Assembly (NCBI GenBank): GCA_045106895.1
Contig: JBGCFM010000039.1
Location: forward strand, 160,001 to 224,000
Direction: 5' to 3'
Source: Polyangiales bacterium
GTDB taxonomy: Bacteria > Myxococcota_A > Polyangia > Polyangiales > Houyiibacteriaceae
Length of the DNA stretch: 64,000 nt
The notes under the pieces: generated by a model
The model's database searches: none
What the model saw: only the letters and a program-made list of their open reading frames with translations
What the model was told of the DNA's origin: nothing
Program-made: the position numbers and the translations under genes
Shown here: in pieces, positions 1-8,877 of the stretch
How positions within the stretch are numbered: the first letter of the stretch is position 1
Layout: every line of letters starts with the position of its first letter

Positions 1-2
1 CG

Positions 3-137
3 CCGAACTCCGGAGCCGAAGCCCGGCCAAGCGTGTACCTACGCGCCGCCGAGCTGTCCCGCTGCGCAAGCGACCCGGCCCACGCCGCCGATCGCGACGC
101 CTACCTGGCGGCCCTCGACGTCGGCTTCGGCGCGTAG
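3..137 (+). CDS. 3' end of a hypothetical protein running in from the window edge
   Basis: Open frame ...AEARPSVYLRAAELSRCASDPAHAADRDAYLAALDVGFGA* with GC-rich third positions; stop TAG at 135-137. Confidence 0.55.
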   Translation, partial: PNSGAEARPSVYLRAAELSRCASDPAHAADRDAYLAALDVGFGA

Positions 138-189
138 TCACTTTCCACGACCTTGAACGGCGCTTGGACGGGGCGTATTCTGACCGGGC

Positions 190-474
190 GTGGACTACGG
201 ACTTCCGGAAAAGAAAGAGCTCCCGGGCGCGGTGCCCTTCACGGTGCGCCTGCACCCCGTGGCGCTCGGACTCGTCGTCTCGCTTCTCGTCGCTTTGTTC
301 GGCGCTATCTGCATCTTCGTTTGGTGGAACTCTTCTCCGCATCGCGGCTTCGACGACCTCGACATTGGCATTCAAGCCGTAGTCTCAACGGGCGCGCTTA
401 GCGTGCTCAGCGGAATCGTCGGCGTGGTTTGGGGCACTCTTCGTCGCCGAAAGCACCGCAGCTTGATCGCGTAA
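190..474 (+). CDS. small hypothetical membrane protein (2 TM)
   Basis: Two hydrophobic stretches and a basic C-tail; 4 bp from the next gene. Confidence 0.6.
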   Translation: MDYGLPEKKELPGAVPFTVRLHPVALGLVVSLLVALFGAICIFVWWNSSPHRGFDDLDIGIQAVVSTGALSVLSGIVGVVWGTLRRRKHRSLIA

Positions 475-478
475 ACGG

Positions 479-868
479 ATGTTTCGTGAAAATCAAAGAC
501 GCTGCCCGAAATGCCGCGCCGGCATGCGTAAGGAGCCGATCCCCTCCGGCGAAGTCGTCGACGTCTGCGAGTGCGGCGTCTTCGCGGACTACTTTGACGG
601 GGACCCTCGCGCCCTCTCGAAGCTCTTTCGCTTGCCCGTTCCCGAGGCTTCGAAGGAAAACGACGACGTCCTGACCTGCGCTGGATGCAGCGAGCGGATG
701 GAGCTGCTTCGCTACGAAGAGGGCCCGCTTCTCCACCGCTGCCATGCCTGCGCGTCCGTATTCATGACCCCGGTGATGCTCAACTTCCTGCGCAACTACG
801 AAGCACAATCCAAGGCCGAAGAGCCGACGCTCCTCGCTCGCCTCGCCCATTGGCTTGATTCGTTTTGA
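479..868 (+). CDS. double zinc-ribbon (zf-TFIIB-like) protein
   Basis: CPKC...CECG and CAGC...CHAC pairs. Confidence 0.7.
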   Translation: MFRENQRRCPKCRAGMRKEPIPSGEVVDVCECGVFADYFDGDPRALSKLFRLPVPEASKENDDVLTCAGCSERMELLRYEEGPLLHRCHACASVFMTPVMLNFLRNYEAQSKAEEPTLLARLAHWLDSF

Positions 869-879
869 CGCGACGCCGA

Positions 880-936
880 GCGCTCATGGACCATGCGCTC
901 GTGGAGCATGGGCTCATGGACCATGCGCTCATGGAC
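880..936. repeat. intergenic 15-bp tandem repeat, about 3.8 copies (GCGCTCATGGACCAT)
   Basis: gcgctcatggaccat/gcgctcgtggagcat/gggctcatggaccat/gcgctcatggac. Confidence 0.85.
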
Positions 937-947
937 GAAGCCCTGGT

Positions 948-976
948 TTGACAACCCGGCGCCGGCTGGCTAGCTC
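948..976 (+). promoter_or_regulatory. putative sigma-70 promoter
   Basis: TTGACA (948-953), 17-bp spacer, TAGCTC (971-976; imperfect -10). Confidence 0.4.
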
Positions 977-982
977 TTCGGT

Positions 983-1104
983 GGGCGCCTTGGGAGCGCC
1001 CCTCCGCCAAAAGCGCCGCGCATCCCAACGTTCGAAACAACCAATGGTCACGCTTTGCGTCCGACCCAGCCCTCAGAGCGGAAAGGGAACACTGGGAGAT
1101 GACT
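983..1104 (+). promoter_or_regulatory. putative structured 5' leader RNA
   Basis: Stems gggcgc/gcgccc, acgc/gcgt, cccag/ctggg enclosing ccct/aggg, and gtca/tgac closing over the RBS region. Confidence 0.35.
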
Positions 1105-1105
1105 C

Positions 1106-1639
1106 ATGACCAATCCTTACGATTCGCTGCGCGACGAGCTCCGTCGGCGCGCTCGCCAACTCCACAAACGCTGCGCCGGCGCTGACGAAGATGCGCTTCG
1201 GCGCGTTCGACGCGCTCCGGCCTTGGCAGCACAGCCGGACGACGCGATCATCGCCGGCGTGCGCCGGAAGCACTGCTTCGACGCCATCGCCCGCGCCCTC
1301 GGTTTTGCCGGCTGGCCTCAGGCTTCGCGCTGCCTCGCCGGCGAGGCCACCGAAGACATGGGCACGTTTATGCACCGCGGCTTTGGCGGCGCGCACTGGA
1401 ATGTCTGGGCGACGGATCACGAGGAAGCCGCGGCGATTCGCCGTGAGCACGGCGGCTTCCTTCTGGCGTATCGCCGGCAGTTCTTCGTCGCTACCGAGTC
1501 CTATATCGATGAGCTTGGACTCGACCCCAATCACGCGGACTGGACGGCGATAGGCCGAGATCTTTCGCGCAGCCGCGGCAACCCGGCCTGGGCCCGAATC
1601 GCGCGCTCCGCGGTGCGCGCGCGCCTCTTCGACAGCTAG
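1106..1639 (+). CDS. hypothetical protein with an N-terminal 'LRRRARQL...IARALGFAGW' helical motif (Glyoxalase_8-like N-terminal module)
   Basis: Motif ELRRRARQLHK...HCFDAIARALGFAGW; ATG preceded by GGAG. Confidence 0.7.
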   Translation: MTNPYDSLRDELRRRARQLHKRCAGADEDALRRVRRAPALAAQPDDAIIAGVRRKHCFDAIARALGFAGWPQASRCLAGEATEDMGTFMHRGFGGAHWNVWATDHEEAAAIRREHGGFLLAYRRQFFVATESYIDELGLDPNHADWTAIGRDLSRSRGNPAWARIARSAVRARLFDS

Positions 1640-1651
1640 GTTGTGCGTCCG

Positions 1652-1677
1652 GGGCCGTCTGGGCGTCCAGACGGCCC
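1652..1677. terminator. GC-rich hairpin after the 1106-1639 gene (terminator-like, no U-tract)
   Basis: Perfect 11-bp stem gggccgtctgg-gcgt-ccagacggccc. Confidence 0.45.
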
Positions 1678-1724
1678 GAACGCTCACCCGCGGAACTTCC
1701 GACGTCCCGCGCTGTCCGTGAGGC

Positions 1725-1838
1725 ATGAGCAAGACCGCGCGAGACGCGCTCACCATCGTCGGCATGACGCTTCTGGCACTCTGTGCGCTAGATATGTTGG
1801 AGTACCTGCGCTTTCTGGCGTCGCTGGCATGGAGGTAG
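1725..1838 (+). CDS. putative 37-aa single-TM small protein
   Basis: MSKTARDALTIVGMTLLALCALDMLEYLRFLASLAWR*; too short for the ORF track; fills the gap before 1846. Confidence 0.35.
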   Translation: MSKTARDALTIVGMTLLALCALDMLEYLRFLASLAWR

Positions 1839-1845
1839 CGCTCCG

Positions 1846-2956
1846 ATGAACGAGCCCGCGCAGTCCACCTGTATCCTCGCTGGCTTCGCCCTCGCGTCCA
1901 TCGTCAGCGCCCTCATTGGACGCGGCCTCGTCCGCGAACGCCGCGCGGCCTGGCGCAACGGCTTCCTCCTCGCGGCGCGGCTTCCTCCTCGCGGCGCGGC
2001 TTCTCCTCGGCGTGTCCCTCCTCGGCGCCGCCTTCGTCGTCGCAGAAGCCATCGATGTTCTACAGGGCGGCGGGTCCATGGGACGCACCGCGCTCTTCCC
2101 ACTCTTCTTCCACGCCGTGCCGATTCAGGTCATCGCGACGGCCACCGCTGCTTCCATGCGCACACGATTCGTCGCAGCGATGCTCTTCATCGTCCTCGCC
2201 GGCGGCCTCGTCTTTTTCACACTCCTCGATTCCGCATTCCATTTTCCCTGCGTCAGCCCTAGCGATGCCGTCCATCTGTTCGAGCGACGTGCGCTCCGCG
2301 CAGTCTGGGCCCTTCAAGGGGCGCGCTTGCTCGTTGTCACCTTCGCCGGCGTCGCGTCTGCGCAGGCCCTACGCAACACGAGCCAAGAAAAATCTGGGGA
2401 CGCCAAGAGCACGCGCTCCATCGCTCTCTTCGCGCTCGGCCTCACCGCCTTCGCCCTCACCCGCCCCTTCGCGAACGACGGACATCGCCCCCTGAAGTTC
2501 CGCTACGGCGCGCGCCACACGCACCCCGGCGTTCAAACGCCGCCACCGGAGCCCAGTGACGAACACGTGTGGGGCGGGTTTCACCTCACCCTTGGTCCTG
2601 CCGGCGCTTCGCTGGACGGCGAAGCGATTCACGGCCCAGACGACCTCCGCCCGCACCTCCTCACCCATGTCCTCGAGCACCCCAATACCCGCCCCAGCTG
2701 CGTAATTCTCGCCGACCCTGCCACGCCACGAGACAGTGTCGAAGCGTGGCTTGCGGCCCTCCGTACGCGCGGCGCCCTCATCTTCGCCGGGTCCTTCTCG
2801 GACCATGCTCACCAGAGCGAAACCCTCGGCCCCATCCACCGCGGACGAATCGCCACCTGGCGCCTCGACGTCCGAAGCGAGAGCCCCGGCGAAACATGGG
2901 GCGAGCTCGCCCACCGTACGGCGGTTCCGGCAGCGTTGCCCTACCCATGGCGCTGA
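1846..2956 (+). pseudogene. frameshifted multi-TM protein with an ExbD/TolR-like C-terminal domain
   Basis: The N-terminus (MNEPAQ...NGFLLAARL) is in the 1846 frame and the rest (GFLLAARLLLGVS...VILADPATPRDSVEAWLAALR) is in the 1916 frame; deleting the 19-bp duplication joins them. Confidence 0.7.
1959..1996. repeat. perfect 19-bp tandem duplication
   Basis: cggcttcctcctcgcggcg x2, followed by a degenerate third copy cggcttctcctcggcg. Confidence 0.9.
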
Positions 2957-2971
2957 CCCCACACTCTCCGC

Positions 2972-3763
2972 GTGCCCGAGGGCGATACCATTCACCGAAG
3001 CGCGCGGACGCTCCACAAGGCCCTCGCCGGCAAGGAGGTCCTTCGCTTTCGAACGCGCCACCCCCAGCTCGCGCCCCTGGACCTCGCCGCCGTCCATGTG
3101 GAGTCCGTGGAGGCGCGTGGAAAGAACCTCCTCATCGACGTTGGCGTCGCCACCCTCCCCACGCACATGCGCATGCGCGGCGCTTGGCATATCTACCGCG
3201 AGGGCGACCGCTGGAAACGCCCCAGGCGCGACGCCGAGATCATCATCGTCACAGAGCCGTGGAGCGCCGTGGGCTTCAGTATTCCGCAGGCGCGATGGAT
3301 CCGCGGCGCCGAGCAGAGCGCGCCCCTCAAAGGCCTCGGCCCGGACTTGCTCGACGACACCCTCGACACGGAAACCTTCGTCGACGCGCTCAAGAACGTG
3401 GAGGAGCCCCTCGGCGTCGCGCTCATGGACCAGCGCCGGCTCAGCGGCATCGGCAACGTCTACAAGTCCGAGCTGTGTTTTCTCGCCGGCGCCGACCCCT
3501 TCGCGCCAACGCGGAGCCTCGATGAAGTGCTGCTCACGGACCTCGTGGACAACGCGCGCCGCCTTCTCCGCCGTAACCTCCACACGCCGAGGCGCATCAC
3601 GCGCCCAGACCGCGCCCACCCCCTCTGGGTGTACCGCCGCGACGGCGAGCATTGTTTCCGCTGCTCTTCCATGCTGCAGATGCGGCATCAGGGAGCCCCC
3701 CTGCGCGGCCAAGCCATCCGCTCGACGTATTTCTGTCCGCGCTGTCAGAAGGTCACGGGCTGA
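2972..3763 (+). CDS. nei: Fpg/Nei family DNA glycosylase (endonuclease VIII-like)
   Basis: N-terminal MPEGD, GKNLL, H2TH DQRRLSGIGNVYKSE, C-terminal zinc finger CFRC...CPRCQ. Confidence 0.9.
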   Translation: MPEGDTIHRSARTLHKALAGKEVLRFRTRHPQLAPLDLAAVHVESVEARGKNLLIDVGVATLPTHMRMRGAWHIYREGDRWKRPRRDAEIIIVTEPWSAVGFSIPQARWIRGAEQSAPLKGLGPDLLDDTLDTETFVDALKNVEEPLGVALMDQRRLSGIGNVYKSELCFLAGADPFAPTRSLDEVLLTDLVDNARRLLRRNLHTPRRITRPDRAHPLWVYRRDGEHCFRCSSMLQMRHQGAPLRGQAIRSTYFCPRCQKVTG

Positions 3764-3903
3764 ACGTTCGCGTAAAAGGTTCCAGTTCTCCTGCGACTTC
3801 ACAGCCTCTCTCGTCACTACGCGTGGTCGCATCTGCTCAGAGCGCTTCGGGCTTGCCGCAGTGTGGCCGTGCGCAGGGAGGAGATGCGCTCTAGGCTCGA
3901 CGG

Positions 3904-4140
3904 GTGGATGCCAAAGAGACGCGCAGGCGCCCCGGCGCGAACCTCCTCGCCTTTGGATGCGGCACGCCGCTCTTCCTCTACGGCGCGGGCTACATTTACC
4001 TGCGCCTAAGCCACCAGCTCATCAACTACGGGCACTTCATCGGCGGGCCCAACGCGTTGCGGGGAGGCTTTGGGTTCACCACGTCCGAGCTCGTCTACGC
4101 GCCACTGGTCATGCTTGAGGTATTCGTCCGAGGTTTGTGA
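3904..4140 (+). CDS. small hypothetical membrane protein
   Basis: Hydrophobic 78-aa ORF; plausible codon usage. Confidence 0.5.
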   Translation: MDAKETRRRPGANLLAFGCGTPLFLYGAGYIYLRLSHQLINYGHFIGGPNALRGGFGFTTSELVYAPLVMLEVFVRGL

Positions 4141-4300
4141 CCCACGCTCGGCGAGCTCAATAAGCCCAGTGTTCGATTGGCCCAACATGGGCGAGCGATT
4201 TCGTTCATGGCAAGGCGCGACGATGAAGGAAGGTCCCCGCCCTTTCAAAGAGTCGCAACGCGGCCATGAGTGGGTATGTATGCCCGATCGAACTCGGGGG

Positions 4301-6322
4301 TTAGAGCGCGTCGCTACAGCAGCCGCCGATGCAGGCGCCGTCACAGATTTGCTTCGGCCCGGGCACGCAGGAGCTCTCGCCGCACACCGAACATTGCATC
4401 CCGTCAAAGGCCACGCAGGAACGCGAGTCAAGGCCCGGGGCGCCGGACCCGCACACTCCGCCGGTGCAAATCTGTGGCGTGCAGGTACGTGACTGCGTCG
4501 CGTCCATGCAGTCTGTAGTCGTGCAGGCGCCGTAAGCCCCGCAGCTTGGCGCGGCGCAAACGGTGCCGTTTGCAGCGAGGCTATTTCCGGGACACGTCGC
4601 GCCACTCCCCGTGCAGCTCTCGGCGACGTCGCAGGCGTTGACCGCTCCCCGGCACGTGAAAGACGGGGGCCGAAAAGCGTTGCTCGGGCATCCCGCGCTG
4701 CCGCCGGAACAGGTCTCAGCGACGTCGCAAGCCCCGGCCGTGGGGCGACACTCAAAGGACGAGGGCCGAAAGTCGTTGCCGGGACACAAGGCGCTGCCTC
4801 CCGAGCACGTCTCGGCGACGTCACAGGGGCCGCCAGAGGCTCGGCACTCGAAGGACGAGGGCCGGAATCCGTCGCTGGGGCACCCTGCGCTGCCGCCGCT
4901 GCACGTCTCGGCCACGTCACAGGACCCGGCGGAAGGTCGACACTCGGAACTCGACGAGCGGAACGTGTCCGACGGACAGCTCGTTCCGGAACCGGTGCAT
5001 GTTTCGGCGACATCGCAGACGCCGGCCGAAGCGCGGCACTCGAATGCGCCGCCACGAAACGAGTCCGCGGGGCAGCCTGGGCCACTCCCTGGGCAAAACT
5101 CCGCCACGTCGCAGCCGCCGGATGCCGCGCGACACTCGCTCGTGCCGCCGCGGAACCCATCGGCTGGGCAAGCTGCGCTGTCTCCGGTGCAGCTCTCGGC
5201 GATGTCGCAGGGGCCGGCGGAGGGACGACACTCGACGGCTCCGCGGAAGCCCGTCACCTCGCAGCTTGGCGTGCCTTCGGCGTCGCAGCGCGTCGTCCCC
5301 GTCGCGCACTCATTCCCAGCGCCTTCGGGGTCGCACGCCGCGCCAGCAGCGCAGGCGCCGCAGGTCTGGCCGTTGCAGAAACCCGCGCTGCACTCGGTCC
5401 CCACGGGGAGCGCGTCGTCCACGGGGCAAGTCGGCGCGACCCCATCGCAGGTCTCCTCTGCATCGCACTCGCCGTCCGCCGGGCGGCAGACGAAGGTGTC
5501 CGGCCGTGGTCCGGCGGAGACACACTCGGGCGTGCCCGAAGAGCAATCCGTGACGCCGAGTTCGCACGCGTTTCCAATGTCGCAAGCTTCGCCATCGTTG
5601 CAGACAATTCCGCTGTCGAAGCCAGCGTCCAACGGGCCGCTGTCTGCTCCGCCGTCCACGCTGCTGTCGGCGCCGCCGTCCGCCCCGCCGTCCGCACCCG
5701 CATCTGCGCCAGCGTCCGGAAACGCAACGGACACGCAACCGCGCCCTGGAACGCACGCTTCGGCAGCGCCGCAGATGTCCTGGATGGGCGAGAAGAGACA
5801 CTCGCCGGCCGTGCACAGAACCTCGCCACACGCCTCGATGATCTGCGGGCACTCTTCAGCGCTCTGGCACACGCTCTCGCCGCACGCCTCAGGCGTTTCC
5901 GGCGAACACTGCGGAGTCACGCACACGCCGTTATCACACTGGGTGGCGTCCGCTGCGCCGGCGCCGGGACACGCAACGTTCACGCAGCTTCGCGTCAGTA
6001 CGATGGTCGCCGAGGCGGGCCCGTTGATGGTCACCGCCACGCTTCGCCGAAGCACACGCTCGCCGCTTGGCCCAAGGAGCGTCGCCGTCAGCAACGCTTC
6101 CGCCGGAAGCGTCTCGTCAAAATCCGCGACGGAGATCCCGCGAACGAAGTCGTCGCCGGCGTTCGGCGTGTAGCGGCGGATCAACCCCTCCGTCTCGATG
6201 GAGATCTCCGAGAACTCCACACCAGGCACAAAGTCCGTTCGAACGCTGACGCGCAGAAAACTCTCGGAGTCCCCGCCGCAGGCAAAGAGGAGGAGTGTGA
6301 GACCAAGGGGGGCGTACTTCAC
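4301..6322 (-). CDS. Cys-rich lipoprotein with tandem disintegrin-like repeats
   Basis: Lipobox LFAC, N-terminal VRTDFVPGVEF domain, DAG linker, 7 tandem 32-aa CRxxxGxCDVAExCxGxxxxCPxD repeats plus one isolated copy. Confidence 0.85.
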   Translation of the reverse strand: MKYAPLGLTLLLFACGGDSESFLRVSVRTDFVPGVEFSEISIETEGLIRRYTPNAGDDFVRGISVADFDETLPAEALLTATLLGPSGERVLRRSVAVTINGPASATIVLTRSCVNVACPGAGAADATQCDNGVCVTPQCSPETPEACGESVCQSAEECPQIIEACGEVLCTAGECLFSPIQDICGAAEACVPGRGCVSVAFPDAGADAGADGGADGGADSSVDGGADSGPLDAGFDSGIVCNDGEACDIGNACELGVTDCSSGTPECVSAGPRPDTFVCRPADGECDAEETCDGVAPTCPVDDALPVGTECSAGFCNGQTCGACAAGAACDPEGAGNECATGTTRCDAEGTPSCEVTGFRGAVECRPSAGPCDIAESCTGDSAACPADGFRGGTSECRAASGGCDVAEFCPGSGPGCPADSFRGGAFECRASAGVCDVAETCTGSGTSCPSDTFRSSSSECRPSAGSCDVAETCSGGSAGCPSDGFRPSSFECRASGGPCDVAETCSGGSALCPGNDFRPSSFECRPTAGACDVAETCSGGSAGCPSNAFRPPSFTCRGAVNACDVAESCTGSGATCPGNSLAANGTVCAAPSCGAYGACTTTDCMDATQSRTCTPQICTGGVCGSGAPGLDSRSCVAFDGMQCSVCGESSCVPGPKQICDGACIGGCCSDAL

Positions 6323-6436
6323 GCCACCATCGTATCAGACGCTACGACTACGACATCCACGAACGTTTCGTCCCCGCCGGGAGGCCGACCACTAGACCCG
6401 AAATTCCTCAACAAGAACGCGGCCAAACGTGGGAGC

Positions 6437-7639
6437 TCAGAGTTCCCCGCGTTTCTCCAGCGCATCCACGGCCTCCCGCCAGGCATCGTCGCCCTCGGCC
6501 TCGAGGACGCTCGCAAGGCGAGGGTCCGCCGACTCCCGCGCGATGTTCTCGACCAGCTCCGGCGCGTCGTCCTTGAGCGCCGCCAAGACCGCCACCCGCA
6601 CGCGTAGCGGCCCTTTCCCGTGCGCCGCCGCGAGGACACGTTCCTTCGAGATGGCCGGCGCCCGAAAGTCTCCGCCGCGGAAGAGCGCCGCCACCCGGCG
6701 AAGCCAAGCATGTACATCCTCGCCCACGCAGCGTTCCAGCGCCGCCTCGCTGATGGGCGCCTCCGCGTTGATGAGCCCAATGACGCGGTCTTCGAGAGCC
6801 AAAGCGAGCTCCTTGGGGAGACGGACTTTCGCGTGACCTTCTTTGCCCGCGTGAGTCCAAGTCACCCGTCTGTGCGTGCATTGAAAGCTCGTCAGTTTGT
6901 CGAGGGAATAGAAACGTTTCCCCACGCGAATGCCATCCTTCGCGATGATGAGTCGTCTTCCTCGACGCCAGAACGCCGTCGCCACCATCGCCACGGAGAA
7001 CGCGCCGAACCCAGCCCCAAAAGGAAGCCCAATGAGCTCTTCGACGAGAGCAACAAAGAACCCTCCGGCCAGAACAAGCACGATCGGGTTCAACAACACA
7101 GAGGTCGAGAAGCGGCTCAGGTCCGCCGGCGTCGGCACGAGCTCCACCGGCGAGTCCCGTAGACAAGACGGGAAGAGTGCGCCCACCTGTATGGCCTCCA
7201 CATCGCGAAAGAAGAGCAGCTCGATGACGTCACCACTGCGGAGAACGAGCCAGGTGGTCTTGGCAAAGGCGAGCACCGACTGAATGTCCTGAAGGCGAAC
7301 GCGCTGCCGATCGCGCCCTTCGAGCAACACCGCATCTTCATCCACTTCGACACTGTTGAACCAGCGCTCAAGGCCCATCAACCACGTTACGAATGCGCTA
7401 ACGCTGAGAGTGACCAGCGTTCCCACGAGGGGGCCAAGGACGAGGTAGCCGAGATTGTCCGGTGTGGGGCCGAGACGTCCCTCCATCATGCTTGAGATGG
7501 AGAACCCCGCCAGCAGCGTGCCCGCCATGGCCCAAGCGAGGTTAGAGCATCGCCTCCGAAAGCCGCGGGCCAAGCGTCGAAAACGACCGGACACCGTCAC
7601 CGCTGAAGAGTCGTGGCTCTTGTGCATCCCGTCCGTCAT
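6437..7639 (-). CDS. hypothetical membrane protein, paralog 1 of 3
   Basis: RRLARGFRRRCSNLAWA N-terminus; TM pairs alternating with beta-rich (bPH-like) segments; helical C-terminus. Confidence 0.8.
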   Translation of the reverse strand: MTDGMHKSHDSSAVTVSGRFRRLARGFRRRCSNLAWAMAGTLLAGFSISSMMEGRLGPTPDNLGYLVLGPLVGTLVTLSVSAFVTWLMGLERWFNSVEVDEDAVLLEGRDRQRVRLQDIQSVLAFAKTTWLVLRSGDVIELLFFRDVEAIQVGALFPSCLRDSPVELVPTPADLSRFSTSVLLNPIVLVLAGGFFVALVEELIGLPFGAGFGAFSVAMVATAFWRRGRRLIIAKDGIRVGKRFYSLDKLTSFQCTHRRVTWTHAGKEGHAKVRLPKELALALEDRVIGLINAEAPISEAALERCVGEDVHAWLRRVAALFRGGDFRAPAISKERVLAAAHGKGPLRVRVAVLAALKDDAPELVENIARESADPRLASVLEAEGDDAWREAVDALEKRGEL

Positions 7640-7667
7640 CGCGGGTTTCCAGGCGAGATGACATCAC

Positions 7668-8867
7668 TCAAAGCTGCCCCTCTCGCTCGAGTGCTTCCAC
7701 GGTCTTGCGCCAGTCTTCTTCGTCATCCGCGGCTTCGAGCACCCGCACAAAGCGCGGATCCGCGGCCTGGAGGCGGATGTCTTCGACGAGCTCCGGAGCC
7801 TCGTCCTTAAGCGCCGCGACGACGGCGACGCGCACACGCAACGAGCCCTTCCCGTGCGCCGCTGCGAGCACTCGCTCCTTCGAGATGGCGGGCTCCCGAA
7901 AGTCGCCACCGCGAAAGAGCCCCGTCACGCGACGGAGCCAAGCATGAACGCCTTCACCCTCGCGGCGCTCCAGGGCGTCGTCCGTCGGGGCTTCACCGGC
8001 GATGAGCGCGCGCACGCGGTGCTCGAGGGCGAGGTCTAGACCCTCCGGGAGCCGCACCTTGACGAGCCCCGCCTTGCCCGCGTGCGTCCACGACACGCTG
8101 CTCTGCGTACACGTAAAGTGCGTGAGCTTGTCGAGGGAGTAGAAGCGAGACCCGACGCGGATGCCGTCGCTTGCGACGACGAGGCGACTGCCGCGCCGCC
8201 ACAGCGCCGAAGAGAGCATCGCCAAGGACAGGACGCCAAACCAAGCGGCGAAGGGCACCCCCAAGAACTCCTCGGCGATGCTCGCCACAAAACTCCCGGC
8301 GAGAAAGAGCACCATGGGCTGCCGGGCCCCCGCCGGCGTCGGCACGAGCTCCAAGGGGGCTCGGCGCAGCGAAGAAGGAAAGAGCGCCGCAGCGCGCTTG
8401 GCATCGGCATCGCGCGAGAAGAGCAGATGAACCACGTCGCCGTTGTGCAGCACGAGCCATGCGTTCTTGCCGGAGGACACCACGCCTTGAATGTCCTGGA
8501 GGCGCAGAGTGCGCTCCCCAGGTCCGCCAACCTTGAGCGTGTCTCCGTCGACTTCGATGGTACGAAACCAGCGCTGGTGCTTTCTCGTCCGGGAGACGAG
8601 GGCGCTCACGGTGGTGGTCAGCAGCGCGCCGAGGCCCGCGAAGATGAGCAGAGTACCGAGAATGTCCGGGAGCTCGTAGCGCCGCTCGACCATGGACGAC
8701 GCGACGAGGCCCGCCAGAGCGGAGCCTCCGAGGGCCCAAGCGAGGTTGGAGCACCGGCGCCGAAATCCGCGGGCCAGCGTACGAAACCGAAAGACGATGG
8801 AGCTCGGCCCCGTCGTCTCACCGACCTTCTCACCAGCTTTTTCCTCGACGCTCTCGTCTCGGCTCAT
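7668..8867 (-). CDS. hypothetical membrane protein, paralog 2 of 3
   Basis: Near-identical blocks with paralog 1 (FYSLDKLT, VHAWLRRV, GGDFR-PAISKERVLAAAHGKG). Confidence 0.8.
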   Translation of the reverse strand: MSRDESVEEKAGEKVGETTGPSSIVFRFRTLARGFRRRCSNLAWALGGSALAGLVASSMVERRYELPDILGTLLIFAGLGALLTTTVSALVSRTRKHQRWFRTIEVDGDTLKVGGPGERTLRLQDIQGVVSSGKNAWLVLHNGDVVHLLFSRDADAKRAAALFPSSLRRAPLELVPTPAGARQPMVLFLAGSFVASIAEEFLGVPFAAWFGVLSLAMLSSALWRRGSRLVVASDGIRVGSRFYSLDKLTHFTCTQSSVSWTHAGKAGLVKVRLPEGLDLALEHRVRALIAGEAPTDDALERREGEGVHAWLRRVTGLFRGGDFREPAISKERVLAAAHGKGSLRVRVAVVAALKDEAPELVEDIRLQAADPRFVRVLEAADDEEDWRKTVEALEREGQL

Positions 8868-8877
8868 CGGGCGCGCT

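Noticed and set aside
880..936. Possible mini-CRISPR
   Set aside because: Contiguous 15-bp units with no spacers and no cas genes in the window.
4557..5233. 96-bp periodic repeats as a possible CRISPR or DGR array
   Set aside because: They are in-frame protein repeats with synonymous variation; no reverse transcriptase or cas gene nearby.
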